The translations under genes and the position numbers were made by a program. 64,000 bases of DNA from Antechinus flavipes (Eukaryota). Where the stretch lies: positions 459,854,001-459,918,000 of the forward strand of contig NC_067400.1 in NCBI RefSeq assembly GCF_016432865.1. Reading direction: 5' to 3'. Under the pieces are notes generated by a model. It had not been told where the DNA came from, made no database searches, and worked only from the letters and a program-made list of their open reading frames with translations. Positions 61,276 to 64,000 of the stretch are shown here, one piece after another; the stretch's first letter is position 1; each line of letters begins with the position of its first letter.

Positions 61276-62829
61276 ATACTTAAAGTGTTGGAAACAAAGT
61301 AGATGTAAATGGTTAAATAAACTATAACAAGTAGGGGAGCAAAGAGGAGTAGACTAACTTGTCCTAGGAGTTAAAGGGAGGAGATGGAGCAGATAGCAGA
61401 TTCAATAAAAGATATGTGTATGTATGTGTTTTAAGAATAAGGAAGCACATTTAGAAGCTCTGGGTAAGGCTCCAAGAGATAGAGAAAAATTGAAAATAAG
61501 AGAAAGAGTATGATTAGAGAGATCTCAGAAAGGAAACAGAATGGGATAGAGTGGATAAGAGGAAGAATTAACTGGTAAGAAGTGCCTCAGCCTCTAAGAG
61601 TGGGGGAAAGACGAAAAGGTTAAGTGAAAATTTAGAGAAATTTTAAGATATAAAAGAGTATAAATGAAAAGACTCATGGTGTCAGTCATCTCTGAAAAGT
61701 AGGAGGTGAGTTCATGGGCTGTGAGAGTCCTCTCCAATCTCTGTTCAAAGACACCCCAGTTATAGGCAGAAACATTCTGGTTGTCCTTCCAGAGAGGGCA
61801 CTACAAAATAATAAAGAAAGGAAAGATGAGAAGATGGAGTAATGAGATGGCCATCAAAGCAGATAACAAGGTAGATATTTGGATGAAATTTGAATCTCCG
61901 AATTTCTGTCCAGTCTAAAATTCTGGGACCACTCAGATATATAAATAGATTAAGTCTAGTTTGAATTTGCCATCAAGAAAACCAGACCCAGATTCAAAAC
62001 TAAGTAGATTAATTTCCCAAGTACAATAAGCTTCCTTAGCCATCTCTCTACTTCTAGCTTCATTCCTTTACATCTTGGTTATGAAAAATCACATAATTTT
62101 GAAGCTCTAGGAAAGCTTTTGTTTGAAGATCACCCTGAACCACCTTGGACACAGCACTCCTCAAGAAAAAAATATTGTTCAATATCACTAATCATTTATC
62201 CTCCAAAAAAATGCAAAACATCTTTTAGGTTAGATCTTAGAATCAATAGTGACCCTTGCAGTTAGAGATTCCAAACATATTAAAACAATACTTTACAGTC
62301 AATGATATCAAAATCTGCTGATTTTTTTCCCTCAGATTTAACATGCTAATGAGCTTTAGGGAGCCCCAATTAAAACTCTGAGCAAGCCAAAGCAAGCATT
62401 TGGAGGAACTGTTTTGATACTCCAAAAATCTGAATAAATAGAATGGTTCTATTATGTATGGTTAGTCGTAGGATTTGTTCTGGGTATTTTGACTGTTCAA
62501 CACAAAAGCATACATCTCATCCTTCTCTGCCCATCTGGCCATTCCCTAAAAAGTGACTATGAAGTAACATACAAGGATTCCCAAAAGGAGAAAACCCTTT
62601 TTTATAGCTACCCCGGAGTTTAAAGTATACATAGGTATTCAACAAAAAGCCAGCTATCAGGATCAGTGCCTTGGTACATAGCCCCCACCTTCTGAAGTCA
62701 CCTCCTAAAGATTGAGCCAATTCTGCCTTAGCTATAAAATCACTGGTGTGAACCAGGGCAGGTACAAATAATGGGACCTATCTCTCTCTCAGTCTAGTTA
62801 ATGCCAGAATATTCTTCAATTATCAAAGG

Positions 62830-63010
62830 CCTGGCATAGGAAGTAGTTGTTGAGATCATCACATTTATAAGGTTCTTTAAAGTTTACAAAGTACTCTTCC
62901 CCACAACAACCCTGTGTAGTCAATAGTGAAAATATTATTATTCCCATTTTATAGATTCAGAAACTGAGCCTCAGAGAATTTAAAACATGTCCATGGTCAT
63001 ACAGAATATA
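62830..63010 (-). mobile_element. MIR SINE
   Basis: cacatttataaggttctttaaagtttacaaagtac...cacaacaaccctgtg...cccattttatagattcagaaactgag. Confidence 0.75.
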
Positions 63011-64000
63011 CATACCTAAAATTGTTCCCCAGACCATTCCTAAGAGTTAGAAAATCAAGGGAAGAGGTAATAGACCCAGAATAGTAATTTGGTTGGTGGG
63101 GGGGGGTGGTACTTGGGATGGTCTGTATTTTTTTGGTTATTGCCTCTCTTTTATATATACATTCAAAAGCAGATCTCTAAAGGACGTGCTGGTATCTCTG
63201 CTGTATTTAGGGGTGTGGGAAAATGACCTCTCATTGGTGATGGAAATTATCTGTTATTACTGTATGTTGAAATAATTTTGACCTTCTGGACCTGAATTCT
63301 AAAAAGGATTATACCCAGTGACTTGAGGCTAGAAAGGAGAGGAAACATTGGAGAGTGAGATATGAAAACGTGTTTGGAAAGTCAGTCAAGATTGTCCTCC
63401 GAGTTGTGTTCATCCATTGGACACAGCTTCTTCAGCATCTTAACTCTGTAAATTCTGGAATGTGAAGTCCCTGAGTCCAGAGACATCCCCTGAAGCTACA
63501 GTCATGAGCAAAGTTTAAACAAGAAGGGAAGTTTAGTTATGCTAGAGACATTTGCAGAGAGACACATAAGAAAAGGTTTGTGATGGCAGCAGCCCACATT
63601 TTCCACTGACCAGACACAGAAGTTTTAGGGGAAGAATTATTTCTAGGTGCTGATCTAGAGCAATTAGCAGAGAAAATAAGCTCTACCTAAGAAATTGAAC
63701 CGGCCTTAACAATCCAGTACTTAATTGAGTCACAGGATCCAACCAAGATAGAAAGATTCAAGCAGCTCAAGGACAACAGAAGATTTCCCAAAATGGTAAA
63801 TCTAAAATTTCCTTGCACGTGAATTTGTTCACTGCAGAATCTGGGCAAAAAGCCTTAAAACCTCAAAGAGTAGTCTTGGTAAGTGAAGTAGGGAAGGATC
63901 TTTCCAGCTGGAGCAGGGGAAAGGAGGGAAATGTGGAACACTACAGAAAACATCGCCCAGACCATGAAGCTAGATCTGGAATATGTAAATGAGACTAGAA

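Noticed and set aside
63831-63885. Short unit ending in TTG|GTAAGT near the window end
   Set aside because: No homology or context; consensus donors are expected by chance
1-64000. CRISPR arrays, operons, tRNA/rRNA genes, endogenous viral genes
   Set aside because: No spacer-repeat arrays and no RNA-gene or viral ORF motifs seen; sequence is repeat-rich mammalian DNA. SINE heads are tRNA-derived but are not tRNA genes

Overview
AT-rich, CpG-depleted eukaryotic genomic DNA, most likely from a marsupial. A dasyurid-like lineage is suggested by WSINE1/MAR1-type SINEs, marsupial-type L1 with a ~500-bp inter-ORF spacer, and RTE and CR1/L3 relics. I could not identify any host protein-coding gene. 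Nearly all ORFs in the track are chance ORFs or LINE-1 fragments. The window is dominated by retroelements: a near-full-length minus-strand L1 (~27.7-33.9 kb) with a deleted ORF1 and frameshifted ORF2, a 5'-truncated L1 with a probable short 3' transduction (56.9-57.9 kb), a 7SL-derived retropseudogene, and many old L2, L3, MIR and MAR1 copies. The most unusual items are: (i) a 1-kb L1 insertion that keeps its 5' promoter, ends inside ORF1, has no poly(A), yet is flanked by a perfect 12-bp TSD; (ii) an antisense splice donor at the homologous position in two diverged L1 5'UTRs; (iii) a snap-back hairpin at the ORF1 deletion junction; (iv) an unexplained ~125-bp inverted-repeat element with nested palindromes; (v) an exact 35-bp templated duplication; and (vi) a candidate minus-strand promoter/first exon at ~24.3-24.7 kb with possible downstream exons. 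Coordinates of old repeats are approximate and family names come from recalled motifs, not a database search.
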